A DNA stretch of 64,000 nt, taken from Candidatus Bathyarchaeota archaeon (GTDB taxonomy: Archaea > Thermoproteota > Bathyarchaeia > TCS64). The notes under the pieces are model-generated. The model was not told where the DNA came from, did not search any database, and worked only from the letters and a program-made list of their open reading frames with translations. Below, piece by piece: positions 40,275-49,848 of the stretch. The position numbers were made by a program, and so were the translations under genes. The stretch spans positions 328,668 to 392,667 of the forward strand of contig CAVYVF010000023.1 in the NCBI GenBank assembly GCA_963771885.1, written 5' to 3'. Each line of letters starts with the position of its first letter. Position 1 is the stretch's first letter.

Positions 40275-41495
40275 CTACTTGAGGGAGTGATAGTCGAAGG
40301 GCTTCTTCGGGTCGGCGACAGGCGCCTCGACGGTGAAGAGGTCCGTGTACTTGAGGCCGGAGCCAGTGTTGAAGAGGACGACGCGCTCGTCCCTGTCGAC
40401 GTGGCCCTGCTCAACCATCTTCCTGAGCGCCGAAATTGTTGCCGCGCCTTCTGGGCACGCGAATATTCCCTCAAGGCGGCTGATAAGGCGAACATCCGCT
40501 ATCAACTCCTCATCGCTGACCGCTATCGCCTCGCCTCCGCTCTCCCGAACAGCCTTTAGGATGAGGAAGTCGCCTAGTGCCTTGGGGACGCGCAGCCCAG
40601 CGGCGACTGTATTCGCTCCGGTGAAGAACTCGCTCTCCTCCTTTCCCTCCTTGTACGCCTTGACAATTGGGCTGCAGCCCTCCGCCTGTACGCTTATCAT
40701 GCGTGGGCGCTCGCCGCCTATCCAGCCCATCTCCTCGAGCTCGTCGAAGACCTTCCACATGCCGATGATGCCCGTGCCGCCGCCGGTGGGGTAGATGATG
40801 ACATCTGGGAGCTTCCAGTCGAGCTGCTCTGCGACCTCGAGGCCCATCGTCTTCTTTCCCTCGACCCTGTAGGGCTCACCGAGGGTGGCGACGCTGAACC
40901 AACCCATCTCGGGTATGCCGTCTTTAACGAGCTTGCCAGCGTCGCTGATGAGCCCCTTTACTAGGACGACCTTTGCGCCGACTACGTCGGACTCGACAGC
41001 GTTGACCTTGGGGGCGTCTTCGGGCATGAAGACATAGACCTCGAGGCCTGCGCGTGCGCCGTATGTAGCCATGGCGCCCGCTGCGTTGCCGGCGGAGGGA
41101 AGGGCGACGCGCTTCACGCCGAGCTCCTTCGCTTTACTGATCGCCGATGATAGGCCTCTCGCCTTGAAGCTGCCCGTCGGGATAATTCCCTCGTCCTTGA
41201 CGAGCAGGTTCTTCAGACCGAGCGACTCGCCGAGCTTGGGCGTCGGCGTGAGGGGGGTCCAACCCTCGCCAAGGGTGACGACGTTCTCCGCCCTTCTAAC
41301 GGGGAGTATCTCCCTGTACCTCCACATCGAGGCGACCCTACCCACCAGCTCACGCTTCGTGATCGTCTCCTTCGCCGCCTCAAGGTCGTACCTAGGAAAG
41401 AGCGGTTTCCCACACTTACTGCAGACCGTCTGCACGACATCCGCGTCGTGGTGGGTGCAGCACTTCGAGCACTCTAGGTGTGTCATCTTACTCAA
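40275..41495 (-). CDS. thrC: threonine synthase
   Basis: N-terminal Zn-ribbon (CSKCCTHH...CSKCG) form; PLP lysine region GSFKARG; 406 aa. Confidence 0.8.
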   Translation of the reverse strand: MSKMTHLECSKCCTHHDADVVQTVCSKCGKPLFPRYDLEAAKETITKRELVGRVASMWRYREILPVRRAENVVTLGEGWTPLTPTPKLGESLGLKNLLVKDEGIIPTGSFKARGLSSAISKAKELGVKRVALPSAGNAAGAMATYGARAGLEVYVFMPEDAPKVNAVESDVVGAKVVLVKGLISDAGKLVKDGIPEMGWFSVATLGEPYRVEGKKTMGLEVAEQLDWKLPDVIIYPTGGGTGIIGMWKVFDELEEMGWIGGERPRMISVQAEGCSPIVKAYKEGKEESEFFTGANTVAAGLRVPKALGDFLILKAVRESGGEAIAVSDEELIADVRLISRLEGIFACPEGAATISALRKMVEQGHVDRDERVVLFNTGSGLKYTDLFTVEAPVADPKKPFDYHSLK

Positions 41496-41825
41496 CGGGG
41501 CTCAACCTACGTGTTACAGACGGTCCGCGGGGGTGTTAAGCGTAGCGCAGCGGCGTTGTGTGTACCGTGAATATTTTCACAAACCTTTTATTCGGAGGTG
41601 CGGCTGTTCCCCCTACATACCGTTGGAGATTGGTGTTATGGGGTATCGCTTTATCATGGCCGCCGAGTGGAGGGTGGCGTAGATGGGGAATTGCTTTATT
41701 CGGTAGTTCAAGCCCAGCGAAGGACTCTCAAATAGCGGTTTGGAAACGTTTCTCGACACAGGAACCATCCTCGACAGGGATGGGTTCCCGATACTATGCC
41801 TCGGAGGTGCAAGCGCTTGGTTGAG

Positions 41826-43509
41826 ATGCCCGGTACTCGTGCCGTCGTAAGGTCACTCGAATTGGAGGGCGTCAAGCACCTCTTCGGGCTTCCAGGCGGC
41901 GTCGTAATCCCGCTTTGCGACGAGATGTTGAAGGCGGACTTCCGCTTCATACTCGCGCGCCATGAGCAGGGTGCGGCGCACATGGCGGACGGCTACGCGC
42001 GGGCCACTGGCGGCGTCGGCGTCTGCCTCGCGACATCGGGGCCAGGCGCCACGAACCTCGTCACAGGCGTCGCGACTGCGAACATCGACTCAAGCGCAGT
42101 CGTCGCACTCACGGGGCAGGTCACACGCGCCACGATTGGTACAGATGCCTTCCAGGAAGTCGACATCATCGGCTGCAGCGCCTCCGTCACCAAGTACAAC
42201 ATGCAGGTCAGGAAGGCGAGCGAGATTCCACGCGCCGTCAAGTCGGCTTTCCGCATCGCCTCGACGGGTCGCAGGGGCGCGGTGCTCCTCGACCTACCCA
42301 AGGACGTAACAACGGACGTCGAGGACATCGTCTTCCCCGAGAACGTTAAACTCAGGGGCTACCGCCCTAACCACCAACCCGACCCGCGTGAGGTCGAGTG
42401 GGCGTCGACGCTCCTCGCCAAGGCTCAGAGGCCGGTCGTCGTCGCGGGTGGAGGCGTGATCAACGCTGGGGCGACACGTGAACTGGTGGCTCTCAGCGAG
42501 TACCTAATGGCTCCGACGGCGACCACCCTCATGGGCAAGGGCGCGTTCCCCGCCGACCACCCGCTCAGCCTCGGGCTCTGCGGGATGCATGGAACTCAGG
42601 CGGCGAACAACCTCGTCCCCGAGGCGGACGTCCTCCTCATAGTGGGGGCACGCCTCAGCGACAGGACAACTGGCGCGGTGAAGAGCTTCGCCCCCAACGC
42701 CAAGGTCATACACCTCGACATCGACAAGAGCGAGATAGACAAGAACGTGGAGACGGTGACGCGCGTCGTCGGAGACGCTGCCCTCGGGCTCCGCGGGCTC
42801 CTCTACAACGTCAGCAAACTCCGCGCGCAGGGCGACGCGGGCGCACAGTGGAGCAAGAAGGTCTCCGAGTTCAGGTGCCAGGTCCAGCCAAACGGGAACG
42901 GGCACAAGTCCGGCTACCTGCGCGCCCCCGACGTAGTCAAGACCATCCGCAAGACGCTGCCCCGCGAGTCCGTCGTCACGACGGAGGTCGGGCAATGCCA
43001 GATGTGGGCGGCGCTACACTACGACGCATACGACCCGCGCACGTTCTTCACAAGCGGTGGCCTCGGCACGATGGGCTGGGGCTTCCCCGCAGCAATCGGC
43101 GTCAAGGCTGCTCGCCCGGACGTACCCGTCCTCGACATCGCGGGCGACGGCAGCTTCGGCATGACCGAGAACAACATGGCAACCAGCATCGAGGAGGGGC
43201 TCCCCGTCATCGTCGTCGTGCTCAACAACCAGATGCTCGGCATGGTCGCACAGTGGCAGCGCCTCTTCTTCGACCACCGCTACTCCGCGGTCAAGCTCAA
43301 GGGCAACCCCGACATGGTCAAGCTCGCTGAGGCGTACGGCGCCGAGGGAGTCAGGGTCGACACCCTCGAGGGGCTCGAGGCGGCGATACAGACGCGCTAC
43401 GAAGAGCGACGTCTCAACCGTTATCGACGTCCCCATCGACCCGGAGGAGAACGTCTACCCAATAGTGCCGCCCGGCGCGGGGCTCAAAGACGCGCTACTG
43501 GAGGCATAA
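41826..43509 (+). pseudogene. ilvB: acetolactate synthase large subunit (copy 2) with 1-nt frameshift near 43386
   Basis: Annotated ORF runs into RYEERRLNRYRRPHR... junk after EAAIQT; the +1 frame reads ATKSDVSTVIDVPIDPEENVYPIVPPGAGLKDALLEA and stops at 43507-43509, 4 nt before ilvH. One extra C in acgCgct restores the frame. Confidence 0.7.
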
Positions 43510-43512
43510 GAG

Positions 43513-44013
43513 ATGAGCGAGAGACACGTAGTCGCGTTCCTCGTCGAGAACAGGCCAGGGGTGCTATTCAACATAAGCAACCTGTTCCGGCGCAAGAACT
43601 TCAACATACACAGCATCACCGCCGGCACCGTCCTCGACGATGACACCGTGAGGATCACAATCGTCGTCCAGGCGGACGCCCACGGAGTCAACCAGGTAGT
43701 CGAGCAGCTCGACAAGATGGTCGACGTAGTTGAGGTCAAGCGACTCGACCCGCTCCGCACGGTCAACAGGGAACTGATGCTGGTCAAGCTCACTACAACT
43801 GACCCGATGGCACGGGAGGAGGCGCTCAAGTTGGTAAACGATTACCATGGGCTCATCCTGAACATCGAGCCGGACAACCTTATAGCCGAGGTCACTGGTG
43901 AGTCTGAGGATGTAGACGCCTTCCTCGAGGCAGTCAAGCCCATAGGGGTCGAGGAGGTCTCGAGGACAGGAGTGACAGCCGTCGAGAAGGGGCGGCTCAA
44001 GCTGGAGAAGTGA
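43513..44013 (+). CDS. ilvH: acetolactate synthase small subunit (copy 2)
   Basis: ACT domain VAFLVENRPGVLFNISNLFRRKNFNIHSIT. Confidence 0.85.
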   Translation: MSERHVVAFLVENRPGVLFNISNLFRRKNFNIHSITAGTVLDDDTVRITIVVQADAHGVNQVVEQLDKMVDVVEVKRLDPLRTVNRELMLVKLTTTDPMAREEALKLVNDYHGLILNIEPDNLIAEVTGESEDVDAFLEAVKPIGVEEVSRTGVTAVEKGRLKLEK

Positions 44014-45009
44014 ATGAATATGGTGAAGGTATATCACGAGAAGGACATAGACGACAAAGTTCTGAAGGGCAAGACCGTCGCCGTCATCGGCTATGGAAGC
44101 CAGGGCAGGGCTCAAGCCCTTAACATGAAGGACAGCGGGGTCGACGTCGTGGTCGGCCTCCGCCCCGGAGGTAAGAGTTGGAAGAAGGCCGAGGCTGACG
44201 GCGTCAAGGTGACGACAGTCCTCGAAGCGGCGCAGGAGGGCGACATCGTGCTGATGCTCGTCCCCGATATGGCGCAGCCGACCGTTTGGAAGGAGGAGGT
44301 CGCCCTCGCGATGAAGAAGGGTAAGACCCTCCAGTTTGCCCACGGCTTCAACATCCTCTACGGCGCCATCAAGCCGCCGAAGGACGTCGACGTCATCATG
44401 GTCGCGCCGAAGAGCCCAGGCGCCGAGCTGCGCCGCCAATACGAGGCGGGCTTCGGAGTGCCGGCGCTTGTCAGCGTCCAGCAGGACGCCTCGGGCAAGG
44501 CGCTACAGACAGCGCTTGCCATCGCTAAGGCGCTGGGGAGCGGAAAGGCGGGCGTCCTCGAGACCTCGTTCAAGGATGAGACCGAGGAGGACCTATTCGG
44601 CGAGCAAGCTGTCCTCTGCGGAGGCGCCGACCAGCTGATCAGGCGCGGTTTCAAGGTGCTCGTGGACGCCGGCTATCCACCGGAGCTCGCGTACTTCGAG
44701 GTCTGCAACGAGCTCAAGCTCATCGTCGACCTGATCTATACATCGGGTATCGGTGGCATGTACCGTGCAGTCTCCGACACGGCGAAGTGGGGCGGACTCA
44801 CTGTCGGCCCGGTGATCGTCGATGACCGCGTCGAGGAGAACATGAGGAAAGTGCTCAAGGACGTCCAGAGCGGCAAGTTCGCGAAGGCGTGGATGCAGGA
44901 GTACAAGGACGGCTCCAAGCACTTCAAAGCCCTCATGGATGAGGTCGACGGGCTCGAGATCGAGAAGGTTGGCAAGCAGATCAGGAAGATGAGCGGGCTC
45001 GAGAAGTAG
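44014..45009 (+). CDS. ilvC: ketol-acid reductoisomerase
   Basis: GKTVAVIGYGSQGRAQALNMKDSG Rossmann motif; class I KARI length. Confidence 0.9.
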   Translation: MNMVKVYHEKDIDDKVLKGKTVAVIGYGSQGRAQALNMKDSGVDVVVGLRPGGKSWKKAEADGVKVTTVLEAAQEGDIVLMLVPDMAQPTVWKEEVALAMKKGKTLQFAHGFNILYGAIKPPKDVDVIMVAPKSPGAELRRQYEAGFGVPALVSVQQDASGKALQTALAIAKALGSGKAGVLETSFKDETEEDLFGEQAVLCGGADQLIRRGFKVLVDAGYPPELAYFEVCNELKLIVDLIYTSGIGGMYRAVSDTAKWGGLTVGPVIVDDRVEENMRKVLKDVQSGKFAKAWMQEYKDGSKHFKALMDEVDGLEIEKVGKQIRKMSGLEK

Positions 45010-45318
45010 CATACTCTTCTTGAATCGTTTAATTGTCTCAGAAATTTCCTTTTTCTGTACTACTACTAGTTACGCCGTACCCTGCTACTAGGTACAACGT
45101 TTTTTTCCCCTTTTTTGTCGCGGTGACTGGGGCGGGCTTGGTGTTAGCGGGGGAGGGGTTTTTGTTGCCATTCGTCGTGGGTGGTAATTTTTTCCCTGCT
45201 ATACTTGATAAGGAAAAAACTATTTTTACTGTAACTGGGAGCAGGGTTTTATACTCTTCGCAGGGCTGCTTATCCTTATTATTACCGTAAGTCTTAGGAG
45301 CATTTGTGGTAAGGGCAT

Positions 45319-45942
45319 TTGGATTTCTATGAAGCGATAGACCGGAGGCGGAGCGTAAGGGAGTTCCAGTCGAGGCCCGTTGAGGAGGAAAAGATTCGGA
45401 GGATCCTGGAGGCGGGGCTCAAGGCCCCCTCGAACAACCACCTGAGGCAGTGGGAGTTCATCCTCGTCCGGGATCCCGAGCAGAGGGAGAGGGTCGCGGA
45501 GCTGGTCTCGAAGGGGAAGAACATTTCGAACGAGATGGAGCTCGAGAAAGCACTCCATAACTGGTCGGATGAGACGCAGAGGGAGATGTATCGCAAGGCT
45601 CTGCCGGTCCAGGTGGAGATGCTGGTGAGCCCGCCCGAGCTCCTCGTCATCTGTTACAGGCTGAGGAAGCCTCTGAAGGAATGCGAGATATTGTACGACC
45701 TCAACGACTTGGCTTCAGTATGGATGTGCATCGAGAACCTTTTGCTTGCGATGGCGGCGGAGGGGCTATACGGGGTCACCGCCGTGCCCCGCGAGACGGC
45801 TGTACTCAAGAGGGTGCTGGGCGTGCCAGAGGGTTATGAGGTGGCGGCAGCGATCCCGATAGGCTACCCCTTGGACTACTCCGTGAAGCAGAACGCCGTG
45901 TACCTCGAGAAGAAGCTGCACATCGATAGATGGGTTTCCTAG
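45319..45942 (+). CDS. nitroreductase family protein
   Basis: RRSVREF N-terminus and nitroreductase fold motifs. Confidence 0.7.
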   Translation: MDFYEAIDRRRSVREFQSRPVEEEKIRRILEAGLKAPSNNHLRQWEFILVRDPEQRERVAELVSKGKNISNEMELEKALHNWSDETQREMYRKALPVQVEMLVSPPELLVICYRLRKPLKECEILYDLNDLASVWMCIENLLLAMAAEGLYGVTAVPRETAVLKRVLGVPEGYEVAAAIPIGYPLDYSVKQNAVYLEKKLHIDRWVS

Positions 45943-45967
45943 GCATCGGTTATATCTGGATTGGCTT

Positions 45968-46627
45968 GTGTGTGTATCCATGCCTGAAAGGGGTCTCCAC
46001 GCGGAGCTGAAGGAGTGGCTGCGTGAGCCGGGGGACCTCGTTGAGGGCACTGTCTGGGGCTACCGGGCGGACATCATCCGGGGCGACCTGCTCATCGAGA
46101 TCCAGACGGGAAACTTTCCCCAGATCAGGGCGAAGCTAACGAAGCTGCTCAAGGGGTACCGCGTCAGGCTCGTCCATCCCGTCCCGGAGAGACGCTGGAT
46201 CATTCGGGACGTCGACGGCAGGAGGCAGCGCCGCGTCTCGCCGCGCGTCGGCCGCGTCGAGGAGGTCTTCAACGAGCTCGTCTACTGCCCCACCCTTCCC
46301 CTTGACCCAAACTTCTCCCTGGAGGTGTTGATGGTCCATGCCGAGGAGGCGCAGGCTGTCAGGTGGAGGGGAAAAAGGAGGACACGCTACACAGTCACCG
46401 AGAGGCACTTCGTCAAGGTCGTGGGCAGGGAGGTCTTTGAGAAGCCCGTAGATTACCTTCGGTTGATCCCCAACATGCACGGCGCCTTCACGGCGCGCCA
46501 GCTCAGCAAAGCGTCCAAACTCAGGATCACACTCGCCCGCCGCATGGTCTACTGTCTATCCAAGATGGGTGTTATAGAAGAGGTCGGTAGTGTCGCTAGG
46601 GCGAAGCTATATCGCGTGAAGCCTTAG
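45968..46627 (+). CDS. hypothetical protein, possible PD-(D/E)xK-like nuclease fold plus C-terminal winged helix
   Basis: GYRADIIRGDLLIEIQTGNF resembles a D...E-x-(K/Q) restriction-endonuclease-like core; basic Arg-rich middle; C-terminal helix-rich RITLARRMVYCLSKMGVIEE. Confidence 0.3.
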   Translation: MCVSMPERGLHAELKEWLREPGDLVEGTVWGYRADIIRGDLLIEIQTGNFPQIRAKLTKLLKGYRVRLVHPVPERRWIIRDVDGRRQRRVSPRVGRVEEVFNELVYCPTLPLDPNFSLEVLMVHAEEAQAVRWRGKRRTRYTVTERHFVKVVGREVFEKPVDYLRLIPNMHGAFTARQLSKASKLRITLARRMVYCLSKMGVIEEVGSVARAKLYRVKP

Positions 46628-47880
46628 CGGGGTATGTCTAGGTGGTCGATGGGTGCTTCGTATGGGCCGAGGCTGCTCTTCTGTTTGACTAGTATGGTCT
46701 TGTCTAACGTTTTCGGGTGTTTGCCGTCAAGCTCGTCGCGGAGCCAGTCGGCGATATAAGGGTATATCTCGATGCCGCCGATGCCCTCCCGGAGACTGAT
46801 GCGGTGGAACTCGTTCTCGAGGACCCAGAGCTCCTTGGGGCACTTGAGCTCCTTGAAGAAGTCTTCGGCTGCCTCTAGGTGACAGAGGGGGTCATACTCG
46901 CCCATCGTAAGTAGGGTTGGGCACTTGATCCTCTCGGCGAAGCCCGCGGTGTCCATCTTCTCAGCCATCGCGTCGAAGTCGGCCTCGTCGGTCTGCCCCG
47001 CCATGTACATGAACATCTGCTTGAAGCGGGGCGACGCTTCGCCGAAGATGGCTTTCTTGGGACCGACGACGGCGTATGTGGTCGCGAGGGCGCGGACGCG
47101 CTTGTCGACCGCCGCTACGCGTACTCCCCAGTGGCAGCCGAAGCTGATACCAACGATAACGATGTTGTCGGGGTCGACCTCGGGGCGGGAGACGAGCCAG
47201 TCGATAGCCGCTGATGCGGCGCGCTCGTAGTTGTCAGCGGTGACCCTGATCTTGCGGAGGTTGCTTATGCCCTGCCCAGGGCCGTCGATGCTGAGTACGT
47301 GGAAGCCCCTCCTGGCGAAGGAGTTGGCGAGGGGGTTGGGGATCGCCTCCTTAGTCATGTCCATGCCGGGGAGGAAGAGGATCGCCGGCGCCCTCCGCCT
47401 GTCCCTCAGGAGGTGCCACCTGCCCTGGATCTGGGCTCTCTCCCAGGGTATCTCCACCTTTTCGACGGGGTAGTCGGCGTACTGCGCTACCTTGTCGGCG
47501 CATTCTACGTGCTTCCCATGGAGGAAAATCTTCTCAGTGTTGTCGTCCTCGAAGATGCTGTGCTGCGCCTCGTGGTAGACTGCCTGTGCGCGACGGTACA
47601 GCTGGCGAGCCGTGTCGGTGTGCCCCGCCGCTTCCGCCGCCTTGGCGATGCCCTCGATGTGGCTCGCCTCCTTGTATAGGACACGCGGTATCATCCTGTA
47701 CGACTTGACCTCGGGGGGTAGGTCCCTCTCGTCGTTGGCGAGGTTCTGCACCCTCCCTGAAGTCTTCACAATCCAGTCCAGCACCCACTGCTGGTCGTCC
47801 CTCTTGAGCTTAGGTCTAGTCAATTCTATCGGGGCATAAGCGCCTCGCCCCCGTGAAGAAACTTTCGACGCCTCCGACAT
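46624..47880 (-). CDS. alpha/beta hydrolase (dienelactone hydrolase/S9-like) with N-terminal extension
   Basis: GISFGCHWG nucleophile elbow (GxSxG), HG oxyanion region. Confidence 0.6.
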   Translation of the reverse strand: MSEASKVSSRGRGAYAPIELTRPKLKRDDQQWVLDWIVKTSGRVQNLANDERDLPPEVKSYRMIPRVLYKEASHIEGIAKAAEAAGHTDTARQLYRRAQAVYHEAQHSIFEDDNTEKIFLHGKHVECADKVAQYADYPVEKVEIPWERAQIQGRWHLLRDRRRAPAILFLPGMDMTKEAIPNPLANSFARRGFHVLSIDGPGQGISNLRKIRVTADNYERAASAAIDWLVSRPEVDPDNIVIVGISFGCHWGVRVAAVDKRVRALATTYAVVGPKKAIFGEASPRFKQMFMYMAGQTDEADFDAMAEKMDTAGFAERIKCPTLLTMGEYDPLCHLEAAEDFFKELKCPKELWVLENEFHRISLREGIGGIEIYPYIADWLRDELDGKHPKTLDKTILVKQKSSLGPYEAPIDHLDIPR

Positions 47881-48111
47881 AGGCTTAAAACCCCTCGACT
47901 ACAGCCCCCTCAGTTCGGCGAGGTATTTCGAGCCCATGACGGCGCTGCTCACCCCCCTCGGCTACGAGCAGGGGAGGGGGACAGGCATAGGCTTCAGGAT
48001 AACCGAGGCCTAGTTGCCCCTTTTGCGACATTCTACACCTTTTCCACGACATCTATGCCGCTAAATTAATAATGGGCACGTCTCACCGGGAGAAGCATCG
48101 AAGGGTACTAT

Positions 48112-49089
48112 ATGGTCAGCAGATACACGGCAGCCATCGTCCAGTATATGCGCGTAAACCCCGAGGAGATCCCGGACATTAACGAGAGGAAGAAGGTCAA
48201 CCTCGCCAAGGTCCTCGCCTGCTTCCAGAGTCTCGAGACGTGGGAGGAGACGATCCCGGTGAAGCTCACCGTCTTCCCCGAGAACATCCTCCGCCACGAG
48301 TACGACGAGGCGGATCCCAAGCAGGACCAGAAGGCGAGGGTCGCCTCGGCGATCGAGATGCCCGGGCCTGAGACGGACGCCATCGCGGGCATGGCGAAGA
48401 AGTGGAGCACCTACATCTCCGCGTCGCTGCATGAGCGGGACCCCGAGTTCCCCGACTACTACTTCAACACCGCATTCATCATGAACCCAAAGGGCAAGAT
48501 AATCCTCAAATACAGAAAGGTCAACCCGTGGATTCCCCTCGAGCTGACGACGAGCCCCCATGACGTGCTTGATGACTACAAGGCGCCCCTCTTCCCCGTG
48601 GCGAAGACGGAGCTCGGCAACCTAGCCTGCATGGTATGTTACGACCAGTTCTTCCCCGAGGTGGCGAGGCAACTTGCCTTCAACGGCGCCGAGGTCATCC
48701 TAAAACCCACCGTCTTTCCCCCATACCCGCAGGAGCTCATGTTCGAACCATACGACTGGTACACGGTCGTGAACAAGATGAGGAGTATTGAGAACATGGT
48801 CTATGGCGTCAACGCGAATGAGGCCAAGTACGGCAATAGCATGATAGTCGACTTCATGGGCAGGACCATCGCTGTCGCCGCGAAGGGGCGTCAGATGACG
48901 ATAGGCGCAGTCATCGACGTCGATGAACTCCGCGATTACCGCAAGACGACGAAGCTCCACAACCCCCTCCAGCAGAGCCGAAGCGAGTGCTACACCTACC
49001 TCCAGAAGCCGATGTGGCCGAAGAACAAGCCCCTGCTCAGGAAGGTCGATTACCCGGCGTGGGCGCCGAAGCCCGATTTTTACAAGTAA
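48112..49089 (+). CDS. carbon-nitrogen hydrolase (nitrilase superfamily)
   Basis: Glu (VFPE), Lys (KYRK) and Cys (MVCYDQ) catalytic triad motifs in the correct order. Confidence 0.7.
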   Translation: MVSRYTAAIVQYMRVNPEEIPDINERKKVNLAKVLACFQSLETWEETIPVKLTVFPENILRHEYDEADPKQDQKARVASAIEMPGPETDAIAGMAKKWSTYISASLHERDPEFPDYYFNTAFIMNPKGKIILKYRKVNPWIPLELTTSPHDVLDDYKAPLFPVAKTELGNLACMVCYDQFFPEVARQLAFNGAEVILKPTVFPPYPQELMFEPYDWYTVVNKMRSIENMVYGVNANEAKYGNSMIVDFMGRTIAVAAKGRQMTIGAVIDVDELRDYRKTTKLHNPLQQSRSECYTYLQKPMWPKNKPLLRKVDYPAWAPKPDFYK

Positions 49090-49128
49090 GGCGCAGGCTA
49101 GATAAGGCATAGAGCCGCCTTCATTCCT

Positions 49129-49848
49129 ATGACAGACGTCCTCGCACGCGTCAAGTGGGGCGCACCCGCGCTTAGCCTCCTCGCCGATGCTAAGCGGCTC
49201 GCGCCGGGGAAGCCGGCGATCATCCACATCCGCCACACAGAGCGCCCCGGGGTTACGGGGCCGAACAGCAACATGCTCCTCTCGACGCCGAACGGTAAAG
49301 CGGCCGCCATCGAGTTCGGCGAGAACTTGCCCGCGGAGAGGAGTTACCGTCTCTACTATACAGCCGTCAGCCGCTCAAAGGAGTCGGCGCAATCCATAAT
49401 CGAGGGGATCAGGAGCAGCAATGGGAAAGCGGAGATCGTTGGTGAGTTCCCATTCCGCACATCATTCGACCCGCAGGCCCTCGATGACTATATTGACCGC
49501 GTGATTAAGAAGTGCGGGGACGAGGACGCCGCCGTGGCGGAGATGATGAACAGGTGGCTCTCGGGCCTCGCGCCGCCGGACGTGTTCCGCCCCAGCGACG
49601 AGTTCGCCAGGCTTGTCGCAGACTACGCCATCGCTCGCCTCGACACCGCGACGCCGGACACAGTCGACGTATATGTGACCCACGACACGTGGGTTGGTTC
49701 ATGCCTCTTCCACTGGTTCGGGATACCGATGCCTCTGGACGGCGTCAGGTTCCTTGACGGCTACCTGCTGCAGCCCCTCGACAGGGAGATGGCTGTGTGG
49801 TTCAGGGGCAAGGCGATGAGGATTGAGTACCCCCACTGGTGGGCTTAG
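49129..49848 (+). CDS. histidine phosphatase superfamily (phosphoglycerate mutase-like) protein
   Basis: IIHIRHTER (RHG/RHxE catalytic motif) near the N-terminus. Confidence 0.55.
   Translation: MTDVLARVKWGAPALSLLADAKRLAPGKPAIIHIRHTERPGVTGPNSNMLLSTPNGKAAAIEFGENLPAERSYRLYYTAVSRSKESAQSIIEGIRSSNGKAEIVGEFPFRTSFDPQALDDYIDRVIKKCGDEDAAVAEMMNRWLSGLAPPDVFRPSDEFARLVADYAIARLDTATPDTVDVYVTHDTWVGSCLFHWFGIPMPLDGVRFLDGYLLQPLDREMAVWFRGKAMRIEYPHWWA

Noticed and set aside
39317-40495. Full-length 392-aa ORF for the GHMP kinase
   Set aside because: The first 88 residues are Ser/Thr/Pro/Arg-rich and overlap the thrC 3' end in another frame; the conserved kinase N-terminus starts at the internal Met (40231).
45033-45290. 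85-aa ORF in the ilvC-nitroreductase spacer
   Set aside because: Lies in a T-rich terminator-like spacer; Phe/Leu/Pro-rich translation driven by T tracts; no start context.
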